From positions 1 through 64,000 of the forward strand of contig DASSXV010000004.1 in assembly GCA_035703635.1 (NCBI GenBank): a stretch of DNA of 64,000 nt, written 5' to 3'. The position numbers and the translations under genes were made by a program. Shown here piece by piece: positions 48,482 to 57,792 of this stretch (the first letter of the stretch is position 1; every line of letters starts with the position of its first letter). The notes below the pieces were generated by a model. It did no database searches, had not been told where the DNA came from, and was given only the letters and a program-made list of their open reading frames with translations. Source of the DNA: Trueperaceae bacterium (GTDB taxonomy: Bacteria > Deinococcota > Deinococci > Deinococcales > Trueperaceae).

Positions 48482-49282
48482 ATGAAGGGTGAGAGTGGCA
48501 CGGGCGGCAAGCGGCCGCTCTTGCTACGGGGCCGCTGGTTGGCCGGTCACCTGCTCGCCCTAGTGCTGGTGGTCGCGTTCGTCAACTTCGGGTTCTGGCA
48601 GTTGCGCCGCCTGGGTCACAAGCGCGAGGTCAACGCCGTCATCGCTGCTCGCGTCCACCTGCCGCCAGCGCCGCTCGCTACGGCCTTGGTGCCGGGCGCC
48701 GCAGTGCCAGAGTACTTGCCCGTCAACGTAAGCGGCGCCTTCGCACCGGAGAACGAGGTGCTGTTGCGCGGCCGCTCCCTCGACGGGCGGCCAGGCTTCA
48801 ACGTGCTCACGCCCCTGGTGCTTGACGCCAGTGCCGGTCAGTGGGCGGGTGATGCCATCCTGGTGGAGCGCGGTTGGGTGCCTTACGACCTGGACTCCGT
48901 CCCGGTAACGGCAGCCCTGCCACCCAGCGGCACGGTGACCGTGGTCGGCGAACTCCACCCACCCCAGGCCGCGCCGACGGGCGCACTAGCTGGGTTGGCG
49001 GCGCACGACCCGCCGACAGGGAAGCTGGTGCAGAGCTTCTACGTCGACACGACGCGCCTTGCACCGCAGATGCCGTTCGATCTCGTTCCCGCATACGTGA
49101 TCCTCAGGCAGCAGACGCCGGCCAACGCCGGCGCCCTCCCAGAAGCGCTGCGGGCACCAGATACCAACGAGGGCCCACACCTCGGTTACGCCATCCAGTG
49201 GTTCGGGATGGCGCTCGTAGGGATCGTCGGTTACTACTTCCTGCTGCGCTCCACCATAAGACAGCACCGGCGCGAAGCCTGA
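48482..49282 (+). CDS. SURF1 family protein
   Basis: GFWQLRR, VLTPL, ILVERGWVP and HLGYAIQWF. Confidence 0.93.
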   Translation: MKGESGTGGKRPLLLRGRWLAGHLLALVLVVAFVNFGFWQLRRLGHKREVNAVIAARVHLPPAPLATALVPGAAVPEYLPVNVSGAFAPENEVLLRGRSLDGRPGFNVLTPLVLDASAGQWAGDAILVERGWVPYDLDSVPVTAALPPSGTVTVVGELHPPQAAPTGALAGLAAHDPPTGKLVQSFYVDTTRLAPQMPFDLVPAYVILRQQTPANAGALPEALRAPDTNEGPHLGYAIQWFGMALVGIVGYYFLLRSTIRQHRREA

Positions 49283-49321
49283 CGGCGCCGCGCCGGTGGT
49301 AGTTGTCGCATGTCAGTGGCG

Positions 49322-50452
49322 TTAGCCGCGCGTCGGCGCCTTCGCCAGTTCACTAGCGAGGGTAGCTAGCAAGTCGCGGAACGGCTTGATGAACTTGGCG
49401 ACGCCCTCCTCCTCGAGCTTCGCCGTCACAGCGTCAAGGTCCACGCCTACGCCAGCCAACGCCTGCAGCAGCCCCAGGGCGTCGTCGGCGCCATCGCTGA
49501 TGGTGACCTTCGGGTCGCCGTGGTCGAGGTACGCTGCTATGGTCTCGAGCGGCAACGTGTTGATCGTGTCTGGCCCGATGAGCGGCTCGACGTACTTGAC
49601 GTCCGAGTATGTCGGGTCCTTGGTGCTTGTGGAGGCCCAGAGTAGGCGCTGCGGGCGCGCGCCGAGCTTGGCGAGCCGCGCGAAGCGCTCGCTGCCGGCC
49701 CCGAAGAGGCTCTCGTAGATGACGTAGGCGCGCTTGGCGCTCGCGACGGCGGCAGTGCCACGCAGCTGGTGCGCAGCGCTTGCCTGCGGCACGGGTTGCC
49801 GCGCGATGGCGTCAAGGAGCGGGTCGATCATGACGTCGATGCGGCTGAGGAAGAAACTGGCGACCGACGCGATGTCTACGCTCTTGCCAGCCTCGTGGCG
49901 CTCCTCCAGCCCGGCGAGGAACGCCTCCGCCACTTGGCGGTAACGCGGCAACCCGAAGAGCAGCGTGACGTTGACGTTGACGCCCTCTGCGATCAGGCGC
50001 CTGATGGCCGGCACGCCCGCATCCGTGGCTGGCACCTTGATGAAGGCGTTGGGGCGATCGAGGAGCCCGAAGAGGTGGAGGCCCTCCGCGACCGTGCCGT
50101 CCTCGTCGTTCGCTAGCTCTGGGGAGACTTCGAGCGACACCCAGCCGTCGTACTTGTTACTCGCGTCGAATTGCGGCCTGAAGACGTCGGCTGCGGCGGA
50201 GATGTCGCTTACGGTTAGGTCCTCGTACGTGGCGTGAGGCGTTGCGCCCGCGCGGGCGTGCGCCGCGATGGCGTCAGCGTAGTCTGCGGTGTCTACGATG
50301 GCCTTGTGGAAGATGGCTGGGTTGGAGGTGACGCCAGCCAGGCCGTCATCGTCGATCAGTTGCTTGAGCCTGCCGTCGGTGATCCACGAGCGGCGAATCT
50401 CGTCAAGGTAGATGCTCTGACCGAGCTGCTTGAGGCGTAGTAGGGAGTTCAT
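49322..50452 (-). CDS. tal: Transaldolase (long type)
   Basis: GVTSNPAIF, VSLEVSP, IKVPAT, NVTLLF, SFFLSRID and QRLLWAST. Confidence 0.96.
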   Translation of the reverse strand: MNSLLRLKQLGQSIYLDEIRRSWITDGRLKQLIDDDGLAGVTSNPAIFHKAIVDTADYADAIAAHARAGATPHATYEDLTVSDISAAADVFRPQFDASNKYDGWVSLEVSPELANDEDGTVAEGLHLFGLLDRPNAFIKVPATDAGVPAIRRLIAEGVNVNVTLLFGLPRYRQVAEAFLAGLEERHEAGKSVDIASVASFFLSRIDVMIDPLLDAIARQPVPQASAAHQLRGTAAVASAKRAYVIYESLFGAGSERFARLAKLGARPQRLLWASTSTKDPTYSDVKYVEPLIGPDTINTLPLETIAAYLDHGDPKVTISDGADDALGLLQALAGVGVDLDAVTAKLEEEGVAKFIKPFRDLLATLASELAKAPTRG

Positions 50453-50530
50453 GGTGTTCCTCCTCGCGGTTTGGCGGTCGGCGCTTGCCTGGCCGATCGC
50501 GCCCCGCTGGTAACTCAGATGATAAGGCCC

Positions 50531-51130
50531 TTAGCTGCGCTCGACGCCGGTGGCGAACACTTCGCTGCCGATCAGCTCGAGACGCACGCGCGGTAGCGGT
50601 AAGACGGCCGGGCCGCTAACGGCCTTGCCCGCCTGCGTTGGGTCGAAGACGCTCAGGTGGCAAGGGCAGGTGAGGGCCGGCTTGTCGGTCAGGTAGTTGA
50701 AGCCGAAGTTGATGGCCTCGATGTCGCGGTTGAGCACCACCACGCAGTGCTGGTGGGTGCACACGCGACTGAACGCGGCGAGGTAAGCGCTTGCGCCAGC
50801 TACGCCGCTCGCTATGGCCAGGTCGCCTGGGATGGGGCCGGGTAGGCGCACGGCGAGCGCAGGTAGCGGACCGCCAGTCGCCCCTGCGCCAGGCACCTCG
50901 AAGGCCGCTTCGTCCCACACTTCACCGAAGTCACCTAGCGTGGCGACGCGCGTCGGCGTCGTAGCTGCGAACTCAGGCTCGGCTGCCGCGTTCTGTTTGA
51001 GGAAGTGCACCTTGATGGCCTCGTAGACCCCGAGGCCGCCGCCGACAGCCACCGCGAACACGGGTAGCCGCCACAACCACTTGATGAGCTCCCGGCGCTT
51101 GGCGTTGGTTGGGGCGCCGGGTCCGGTCAT
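50531..51130 (-). CDS. Rieske [2Fe-2S] protein with a Tat-like anchor
   Basis: KRRELI followed by a TM helix, box I CTHQHC, box II CPCHLSVF and GPA..PLP. TGATG coupling to the upstream gene. Confidence 0.9.
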   Translation of the reverse strand: MTGPGAPTNAKRRELIKWLWRLPVFAVAVGGGLGVYEAIKVHFLKQNAAAEPEFAATTPTRVATLGDFGEVWDEAAFEVPGAGATGGPLPALAVRLPGPIPGDLAIASGVAGASAYLAAFSRVCTHQHCVVVLNRDIEAINFGFNYLTDKPALTCPCHLSVFDPTQAGKAVSGPAVLPLPRVRLELIGSEVFATGVERS

Positions 51131-52662
51131 CAGCGGTTGGCCTGGTTCTGCGAAAGCACCTGGGTGACGTAAGCCACGACCGCGTCGATGGCCGTGGGTT
51201 CGAGCTCCGCCATGAAGGCGGGCATCATGCCGCGGCCGAACCTTACGGCGTCGCGAACGTTGGCTTCGTTGCCTGCGCGGCTGTTGCCTGCCAGAGTCAC
51301 GCCCATCCCACCCTCGCCGTTGGGTCCGTGACATTCCGCGCAGTTGACGGCGAACACTTGACGACCTATGGCCGGTAACCCAGCCGCGCCGTCAAGCCCG
51401 CCTTGAGCCGTGCCGTCCGCTTGCGCCCTAGCCGCGTCCGCGAGTGCAGCAGCAGCGACGCCAGCGGTCGGGCCAACGAGGTTAACGTACACGTCGTAGG
51501 TGGCGGCGGCCGCCGCCCAAGCATTGGTTTGGGCGTATGCGTCTGCGAGCGTCATCACGCTGTCTGGGTCGAGGTTCTCTAGACCAGAAGCCGCATCCGC
51601 CGCGCGCTCGATGGCGCCGATGGCGTCAGCCGGACGCCCTGCCACGTACAAGAGCTGACCGGTGCGGGCAAGGGCTCGGGGTTGCGTCGGGTCGAAGTCG
51701 GTAAGTACCTTGAAGTAGCTCTCCACGGCCCGCTGCGGCTCCGAGGCCTCCCAGTAGGCATCGCCTAGCGCCATGAGGTTGGCGAGGCTGGGGTCTGCTT
51801 GCACGGCCGCGTTGAGCGGCTCGAGGTTCTGGATCATGGTCAAGCGTTGTTGCGTCGTGGGTTCCGCCGCGCCCGTTGGCGTGGCCGCGAACGCCTGGTA
51901 CGCGTCGGAGGCCTTCGCGAGGTCGCCTCGCGCGAACGCCACCTCGCCGAGGAGGTAGAGCGTCTCTGGGTCGTTCGGGTCCGTGCCGCGCGCCAACTCG
52001 AGCCAACCTTGCGCCTGGGCGAGGTCGCGCTGCAGGTAGAGGATCGCCATGCGTTTGTAGACGGCGGCTGGGACGGGAGCCACCTCGTCGACGATCCGGC
52101 GGTAAGCCGTCTCGGCGTCATCGAGTCGTTGCAGCCCCAGGTAGAGGTCGCCTAGCGCGAGGAGGTTGGTGGCGTTCGGGTTGTCTTGCGCTGCGCGTTG
52201 CGCCGCCTGGAGTTGGCGTGCGACGTCGACGTCCGTCGTGGTGATGGTGTCCGAGTCTGACACGCGCGGCAATAGGTAAGTAGGTAACGCGGCTGCCAGC
52301 ACGAGGAACACGCCGAGGACGACGACCGCGCCAACCGGCACGCGCCGCTTGTTCTGGTTCGGCGCTGCCCGCCGTGGTTCGCCGCTTAGTGACGCCTGCC
52401 GCTCGTCGATGGCAGTTAGGACCTTGGCCGCTTTAGCCTCGTAACGCGCGTGGAGTTCTTGGCGCCGTTCGAGCGGCAAGTCTTCGCGTGCGTCAAGTTC
52501 ACGGATGGCGCGGAGCAACGCCGTCTTCTCCTCCGTAAGGTCGACGAGGACGGGGTCGCGGTCGTCCGGCAGCGGGTCTGCTTGCCCTGGCGCCAGCAGC
52601 GGTAGCGCTACGTAGAAGAAGGCGATCAGCACCAGCACGCCGATCAGGACCATCGTGAACAT
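51130..52662 (-). CDS. CcmI/CycH-like TPR protein fused to a C-terminal c-type cytochrome
   Basis: TM, coiled segment (LRAIRELD), TM, TPRs, then CAECH..GRGMMPAF. Confidence 0.85.
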   Translation of the reverse strand: MFTMVLIGVLVLIAFFYVALPLLAPGQADPLPDDRDPVLVDLTEEKTALLRAIRELDAREDLPLERRQELHARYEAKAAKVLTAIDERQASLSGEPRRAAPNQNKRRVPVGAVVVLGVFLVLAAALPTYLLPRVSDSDTITTTDVDVARQLQAAQRAAQDNPNATNLLALGDLYLGLQRLDDAETAYRRIVDEVAPVPAAVYKRMAILYLQRDLAQAQGWLELARGTDPNDPETLYLLGEVAFARGDLAKASDAYQAFAATPTGAAEPTTQQRLTMIQNLEPLNAAVQADPSLANLMALGDAYWEASEPQRAVESYFKVLTDFDPTQPRALARTGQLLYVAGRPADAIGAIERAADAASGLENLDPDSVMTLADAYAQTNAWAAAAATYDVYVNLVGPTAGVAAAALADAARAQADGTAQGGLDGAAGLPAIGRQVFAVNCAECHGPNGEGGMGVTLAGNSRAGNEANVRDAVRFGRGMMPAFMAELEPTAIDAVVAYVTQVLSQNQANR

Positions 52663-53162
52663 CAACTATCCCTGCTCTCGGGTTCGGGGCGCGCCTCCTG
52701 GCCGCCCGCCGGTCCGCCCTCGCCCAGTAGCTGCCTGACGCGAGCTAGCTCTTCGGCAGAGGCGTTTATGGGAGTCCTAGACGCCGCCAGCCAGCGCCGC
52801 GCTAGCACCGCCACTACTGCCAAGGCCGTCAATGCGACGAGCACTGGCAGGAGCCAAACGAACAGGTGTACGCCGCGCTTCGGTGGTTGAAGCATGATCC
52901 AGTCGCCGTAGCTCGCCTGGAAGTACGCGTAGATCTGTTGGTCGGTCATCCCCTCGTCTATGCGCTCCTGAATGACGGTGCGCATCTGCTGTGCGATCTG
53001 GGCGCTAGAGTCGGCCACGCTCTCAGATACGCAGACGGGGCAGCGGAGGTTGCGCGCGATGTCGAAAGCGCGCGAGCCGATCTCGACGTCCTGCGCGAAC
53101 GCCGAGCCTAGAAGCACTGCTAGTACCGCCGCGAGTAGCACGCGGCGCCCATGGCGTGTCAT
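52662..53162 (-). CDS. ccmH: Cytochrome c biogenesis protein CcmH
   Basis: LRCPVC..SVADS.A.IA..MR, YGDWI..P and WLLP. Confidence 0.93.
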   Translation of the reverse strand: MTRHGRRVLLAAVLAVLLGSAFAQDVEIGSRAFDIARNLRCPVCVSESVADSSAQIAQQMRTVIQERIDEGMTDQQIYAYFQASYGDWIMLQPPKRGVHLFVWLLPVLVALTALAVVAVLARRWLAASRTPINASAEELARVRQLLGEGGPAGGQEARPEPESRDS

Positions 53163-53707
53163 CTAAGCAGCGCCTCGACGTTGGTCTTGAGCGCCTCGAC
53201 CGTGACCGGTCCGACGTGTTTGCCGACGACGTTGCCTTCTGCGTCGATGAAGAACGTCTCGGGCACGCCGTACAGGCCCCAGTTGACGCTCACCTGGCTG
53301 TCGTTGTCGAGGACGTTGGGGAAGGTCAGGCCGAAGCGGCCGATGAAATCGCGGCCCTCGCGGCGCTTGTCCTTGTCTTGGGTTTGGACGCCCACCACGA
53401 GGACGCCCTTGTCTTGGTATTCGGACCAGAAGCTCTGTAGTTGCGGTGCTTCCTCGTAACAGGGGAGGCACCAAGACGCCCAGAAGTTGACGACCATGGG
53501 CGTGCCGACGTGATCAGCTAGCGCGAAGCTCGCGCCGTACTCAGGTTGGTAGCGCTCGTAGAGCGGGAGGTCGAAGACTGGCGCTGGCTTGCCGACGAGC
53601 ACGGAGGCGATGTCGCGGTCGGGGCTGCCGCGGAGCAAGCCGAACCCGAACAGCGCGGCCAACAACGCTAAGGCCAAGGCGACGATGAGGAGGCGGCCGA
53701 TCTTCAC
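53159..53707 (-). CDS. ccmG: Thiol:disulfide oxidoreductase CcmG/TlpA
   Basis: NFWASWCLPC and YGVPETFFID with an N-terminal TM. It lies between ccmF and ccmH. Confidence 0.9.
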   Translation of the reverse strand: MKIGRLLIVALALALLAALFGFGLLRGSPDRDIASVLVGKPAPVFDLPLYERYQPEYGASFALADHVGTPMVVNFWASWCLPCYEEAPQLQSFWSEYQDKGVLVVGVQTQDKDKRREGRDFIGRFGLTFPNVLDNDSQVSVNWGLYGVPETFFIDAEGNVVGKHVGPVTVEALKTNVEALLR

Positions 53708-55704
53708 GCGTTCGCGCCCTCGTGTGCCTCAGCGGCGGCGCGGGCTGGCGCTGTGCGCCTGTTGCCCCCAAGGCTATACATGGTGCCGAGCGCTAGCAGG
53801 AGGCCGCCAACCCAGATCCAGGTGACGAGCGGGCTCTTGACGACGCGCAGCACTACGAAGGTGCTGTCCGGCCCGACGGTGCTGTTGAGGTTGAGGTAGA
53901 GGTCGTGACTGGCGGTGTAGTAGACGGCTGGGGTTGGCACCGTGCGACCCGCCTCCCCGAAGAGGTTGAGGCGCGGCTTCAAGGTAGTGATCGGCTTGCC
54001 GTTGCGCGAGACGTCGATGATGGCGCCCGCGCTGATGCGTTGCGGCGTGCGCTCCATGAAGCGGTCGACGGCCGTGAGGGTGTAACCCGAGAACTCCGCG
54101 CTGGCGCCGAAGTCGAGCTTCACCTGCTCGTCGACGCGGTAGCCGGAGCTGAAAGCGACTCCCAGCGCCACGACGATGACGGCGAAGTGGACGATCATGC
54201 TCCCGACGCGCCTGCGGCTCTCACCAGCGTAGGAGCGCAGCACGCGCACGAAGCTCTGCTTGGTGAGGCGCATGCGCGGCACGAGCGCGCCGCTGAGGAG
54301 CAGCACGAGGCTCATGACGTTGTAACCGGCTAGGGCGACGGTTAGCGCTGGGTAGATCTTGTGCACCCCGAACACCCATGCGAGGGCGCCAGAGACGACG
54401 AACGCGCCAGCCAACCACAGGAGGTTCCGCCCTAGGCGCTGTTGCTGGGCGCGCCGCCACGGGAGCAGCGGCCCGATGCCCATCAGGAGGAAGACGAGCA
54501 TCCAGATCGGCAACGTCACCTGGTCGAAGAACGGCGCCCCGACCGTTACCTTGTCGCCGGATACCGCCTCGACGATGAGGGGGAAGAGCGTGCCGAGAAG
54601 CACGGCGGCCGTCAGGGCGACGAAGAGGATGTTCACGCCGAGGAAGCTGCCCTCGCGGCTGACGACGGAATCGAGGTCTGCGCGGTCCTTGACGTCGTCC
54701 CAGCGAAGCGCCAGCAGGCCGAAAGCCGCCAGGGTGACAAGTAGGAAGAACCCTAGGAACGCAGGGCCAACTGGCCCGTTACCGAAGGCGTGCACGGAGG
54801 AAACGACGCCGGAGCGCGTAAGGAAGGTGCCGAGGATGGAGAGCGAGAAGGTCGTGATGATGAGCAGCACGTTCCACGGCTTCAACATGCGCCGCCGCTC
54901 CTGCACCTGCACGCTGTGGATGAAGGCGGTGGCCGTCAGCCACGGCATGAAGCTAACGTTCTCGACGGGATCCCAGGCCCAGTAGCCGCCCCAGCCGAGG
55001 ACCTCGTAACTCCACCAACCACCGGCAACGATGGCGGCTGAGAGGAAGCCCCAACCAGTTAGCGTCCAGCGCCGCGTTTGCGCCATCCACTCCGTGCCGG
55101 GCCGCCGCGTGATGAGCGCCGCCATGGCGTAAGCGAACGGCACCGTCAACCCCACGAACCCTAGGTACATGAGCAGCGGGTGCACCGCCATCATCCAGTG
55201 GTTCTGCAGGAGTTCGTTGGGTCCGGGGCCGTCTAGCGGCGGGAAGGGCAAGACCGTGAACGGGTTGGCGAGGAAAGCCACGACGCCAAAGAAGAAGACC
55301 TGCACGGCCTGCATGATGGAGATGGCCCATGGGCGCAGCGGGCTGAGTGGCGCCGTCACGGCGAGCAGCGCCGTGTAACCGCTGAGGAGCCAGGCCCACA
55401 GAAGGATGGAGCCCTCGAGTGCGGCCCACATCGTCACGACCTTCACCCAGATCGGCGAAGCGATGCGCGAGTGATTGGCGACGTACGAGACGCTGAAGTC
55501 GTCGCCTAGCAGGGCAGCCTGCATGATGACGACGGCAGCCGTCGCGAGGATGAACCCCGCAACGGCGGCGAGGCGGGCGCTCGTTTGCAACCTGGCGTCG
55601 CGGCGCATGGCTCCAAGCGAGCCGGCGATGGCGCCGTAGAGAGCCAAGCCGAAGGCGATGAATACGCTGGCGCTCCCCAGCGGTCCTAATTGAACATCTA
55701 GCAC
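53704..55704 (-). CDS. ccmF: Heme lyase CcmF
   Basis: EGSILLW, HP.LMYLG, WSYEVLGWGGYWAWDPVEN and RSG..SVHAF. Confidence 0.97.
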   Translation of the reverse strand: MLDVQLGPLGSASVFIAFGLALYGAIAGSLGAMRRDARLQTSARLAAVAGFILATAAVVIMQAALLGDDFSVSYVANHSRIASPIWVKVVTMWAALEGSILLWAWLLSGYTALLAVTAPLSPLRPWAISIMQAVQVFFFGVVAFLANPFTVLPFPPLDGPGPNELLQNHWMMAVHPLLMYLGFVGLTVPFAYAMAALITRRPGTEWMAQTRRWTLTGWGFLSAAIVAGGWWSYEVLGWGGYWAWDPVENVSFMPWLTATAFIHSVQVQERRRMLKPWNVLLIITTFSLSILGTFLTRSGVVSSVHAFGNGPVGPAFLGFFLLVTLAAFGLLALRWDDVKDRADLDSVVSREGSFLGVNILFVALTAAVLLGTLFPLIVEAVSGDKVTVGAPFFDQVTLPIWMLVFLLMGIGPLLPWRRAQQQRLGRNLLWLAGAFVVSGALAWVFGVHKIYPALTVALAGYNVMSLVLLLSGALVPRMRLTKQSFVRVLRSYAGESRRRVGSMIVHFAVIVVALGVAFSSGYRVDEQVKLDFGASAEFSGYTLTAVDRFMERTPQRISAGAIIDVSRNGKPITTLKPRLNLFGEAGRTVPTPAVYYTASHDLYLNLNSTVGPDSTFVVLRVVKSPLVTWIWVGGLLLALGTMYSLGGNRRTAPARAAAEAHEGANA

Positions 55705-55719
55705 GTGACTACTCCCGAC

Positions 55720-56148
55720 TCAGCGCAGTGACTCTTTGAGAGCTTCGACGTCGATCGGCTCACCCTCGGCAGGTGGATGGTAGTCCTCGCTGTGCTTGAC
55801 TAGCAGGTTGTCGCCAACGAAGACGTCGTCGTGGAAGCGACCCTCGATGACCACGCCGCCGTTCTCCTGGAAGAGGTCGGGTGGCGCGCCGTCGTACTGC
55901 ACCTGGTAGCCCTTGATGCCGTCTGTGATCTGGAAGGTGAGGTGCAACTGCGTGTCGTCGAAATTGACGCTGCCAGCCTCGACTAGGCCACCGAGGCGCA
56001 CGCGTTTGCCGTCGAACGAGGCCGCGTCACGCGCGTACTCGCTCGGCAGGATGAAGTAGACGAGCGAAGACTGCAGGGCCCTCGCGATGAGGAAGCCAGC
56101 GACTGCGAGCACGGCGACCCCTAGGAGGGCGTAAACGATGCGTTTCAT
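55720..56148 (-). CDS. ccmE: Heme chaperone CcmE
   Basis: RLGGLV, PDLFQE and KHSEDY (HxxxY). Confidence 0.95.
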   Translation of the reverse strand: MKRIVYALLGVAVLAVAGFLIARALQSSLVYFILPSEYARDAASFDGKRVRLGGLVEAGSVNFDDTQLHLTFQITDGIKGYQVQYDGAPPDLFQENGGVVIEGRFHDDVFVGDNLLVKHSEDYHPPAEGEPIDVEALKESLR

Positions 56149-56276
56149 CCTTTGCCGCCCGAGTGCCGTGCTTGGCGTTCACGCCACTGTAAGTAGAGGA
56201 GGTAACCGACGTAGACCACGATGACTTCGAGCCAGGCTACGGCGACCCATTGCCAATGGGTGAGGTTAGCGAACAC
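56145..56276 (-). CDS. ccmD: Heme exporter protein CcmD (43 aa, absent from the ORF track)
   Basis: My translation is MFANLTHWQWVAVAWLEVIVVYVGYLLYLQWRERQARHSGGKG. SD GGAGG, ATGA overlap with ccmE, and position between ccmC and ccmE. Confidence 0.8.
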   Translation of the reverse strand: MFANLTHWQWVAVAWLEVIVVYVGYLLYLQWRERQARHSGGKG

Positions 56277-57012
56277 TGACGACCTCCCGTCCGCCCTGTT
56301 GGCTAGCCGTCTGCGCGGCGTCGGCCATTTGGCCGCGCGTCAGAGCTAGACGCCCGATGCGGATGCGTTCAGAGACGAAGTAAATGAAGACGGCCGCTGC
56401 CGCCGCCACGTTGATGAGCAGGACGCGCAGCATGACCGGGTCCATGCTCACGCCGCTGCCGTCTAGGTTGACGCTCTTGGCGGGGTGAAGGGTACGGAAC
56501 CACTCGGCTGCCAAGTAGTTGAAGGGCAGGCTTGCCAGCACGATGATCATGACGACGGCGCTGACGCGGGCACGGCGTTGAGGCTCCTCGATGAGGCCCC
56601 TCACGATGAAGTAGCCGACTATGAGCGCGAGCATGAGCGCCGTTAGCGTGAGCTTGGCGTCCCACGTCCAAAAAGTGTTGAGCGTCGGCTTGCTGTATGT
56701 CATGCCGCCGAAGATGGTGAGGGCTGAGAAGAGGAGCCCTGCCTCGGCGTTGGCTTGCGCTCGGACGTCGTCCACGGCCCTGCCGCGCCACAGGTAGAGC
56801 ATGCCCCACACGGCGGACGCGGCCACGGCCGCGAAGCCGAGCCATGCCACCGGCACGTGGGCGTACATCACGCGGATCAGGTCGCCCTGGTTGCGGTCTG
56901 GCGGGCTTACGACTAGCGCCGAGTACATGCCGTAACCGAACAGCACCAGGCTGAAGACCCCGAACACCGTCAACCATGCTGGGCGCTTAGCTCCCGAGGT
57001 TGCATTAGTCAT
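56266..57012 (-). CDS. ccmC: Heme exporter CcmC
   Basis: YAHVP, variant WWD motif KPTLNTFWTWDAKLT, and RTLHP. Confidence 0.93.
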   Translation of the reverse strand: MTNATSGAKRPAWLTVFGVFSLVLFGYGMYSALVVSPPDRNQGDLIRVMYAHVPVAWLGFAAVAASAVWGMLYLWRGRAVDDVRAQANAEAGLLFSALTIFGGMTYSKPTLNTFWTWDAKLTLTALMLALIVGYFIVRGLIEEPQRRARVSAVVMIIVLASLPFNYLAAEWFRTLHPAKSVNLDGSGVSMDPVMLRVLLINVAAAAAVFIYFVSERIRIGRLALTRGQMADAAQTASQQGGREVVSVR

Positions 57013-57108
57013 CGCTTCGCTCCTCTGGGGCGAGGTGCCCCGTCTCCGGATAGCTTACGACCCGAGCGCCGCTCGTCGCGTACTCCGTAGCCTCCGGGCT
57101 AATTCGCG

Positions 57109-57792
57109 TCAATCGTCGACCACGAAGTGAAAGATGCTGCTGCAGACGACCAGGTAGACGAGATCGAAGCCTGCGAGCAGTTGGAGCCACGAGGCTGCCA
57201 GTCCGATGTCGGCGCCGCCAAGTAGAGCAGACTCGGTGGCGCGCACTGCCCCGAGCATGACCGGCACGATGACCGGGAACATGAGGACGGGCAGTAGCGC
57301 CTCGCGCGCCTGCAGGTTCGCGGTCAGCCCGGCGTAGAAGGTCGCTATGACGGCGAAGCCGAGGCCGCCGAGGATGACGGTGAGGACCAGCACCCACCAG
57401 GTCTCAGCCGGCGCGCTCGCCCCGTAGAGGGCGAAGGCCACGGGCAACATGACGATGCCGAGAACGGAGAGGTAGAGCCAGCTCGCCAGCAGCTTGCCGA
57501 GGTAGACGGCGGCCCGTGACACGGGCAGGAGGAGGAGCTGCTCGAGCGCGCCCTCCTCTAAGTCGGCCTGGAAGCTTTGCGCAGAGGAGATGACGCCCGC
57601 GAACGCGAGCGCCACCCACAGCACGCCCGGCGCCGCGTTGGCCATCAGGGCGGGGTCGCGCCCGAGGCCGAACGCCATCATCACGAGCGTGATGCCTGAA
57701 AAGAACAGAGTAGCGACGGTAGTGGCCCGCGAACGGAGTTCTTGCAGGAAGTCCTTGCGCGCTACCGCCAGCGCCGCGATCAGGTCGTTCAC
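57109..57792 (-). CDS. ccmB: Heme exporter CcmB
   Basis: KD...ELRSR, PGVLWVA, F..D.EEG.LEQL and LLPVL.FP. GTG 57792 overlaps the ccmA stop. Confidence 0.92.
   Translation of the reverse strand: MNDLIAALAVARKDFLQELRSRATTVATLFFSGITLVMMAFGLGRDPALMANAAPGVLWVALAFAGVISSAQSFQADLEEGALEQLLLLPVSRAAVYLGKLLASWLYLSVLGIVMLPVAFALYGASAPAETWWVLVLTVILGGLGFAVIATFYAGLTANLQAREALLPVLMFPVIVPVMLGAVRATESALLGGADIGLAASWLQLLAGFDLVYLVVCSSIFHFVVDD

Noticed and set aside
50523-50533. TAAGG-C-CCTTA upstream of tal as a second LexA box
   Set aside because: The arms are in the opposite order with a 1-nt spacer, so the geometry does not match.
51131-51334. N-terminal extension of the Rieske ORF
   Set aside because: It overlaps the cytochrome c domain of the upstream gene. 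ATG 51130 gives TGATG coupling and places the RR motif near the N-terminus.
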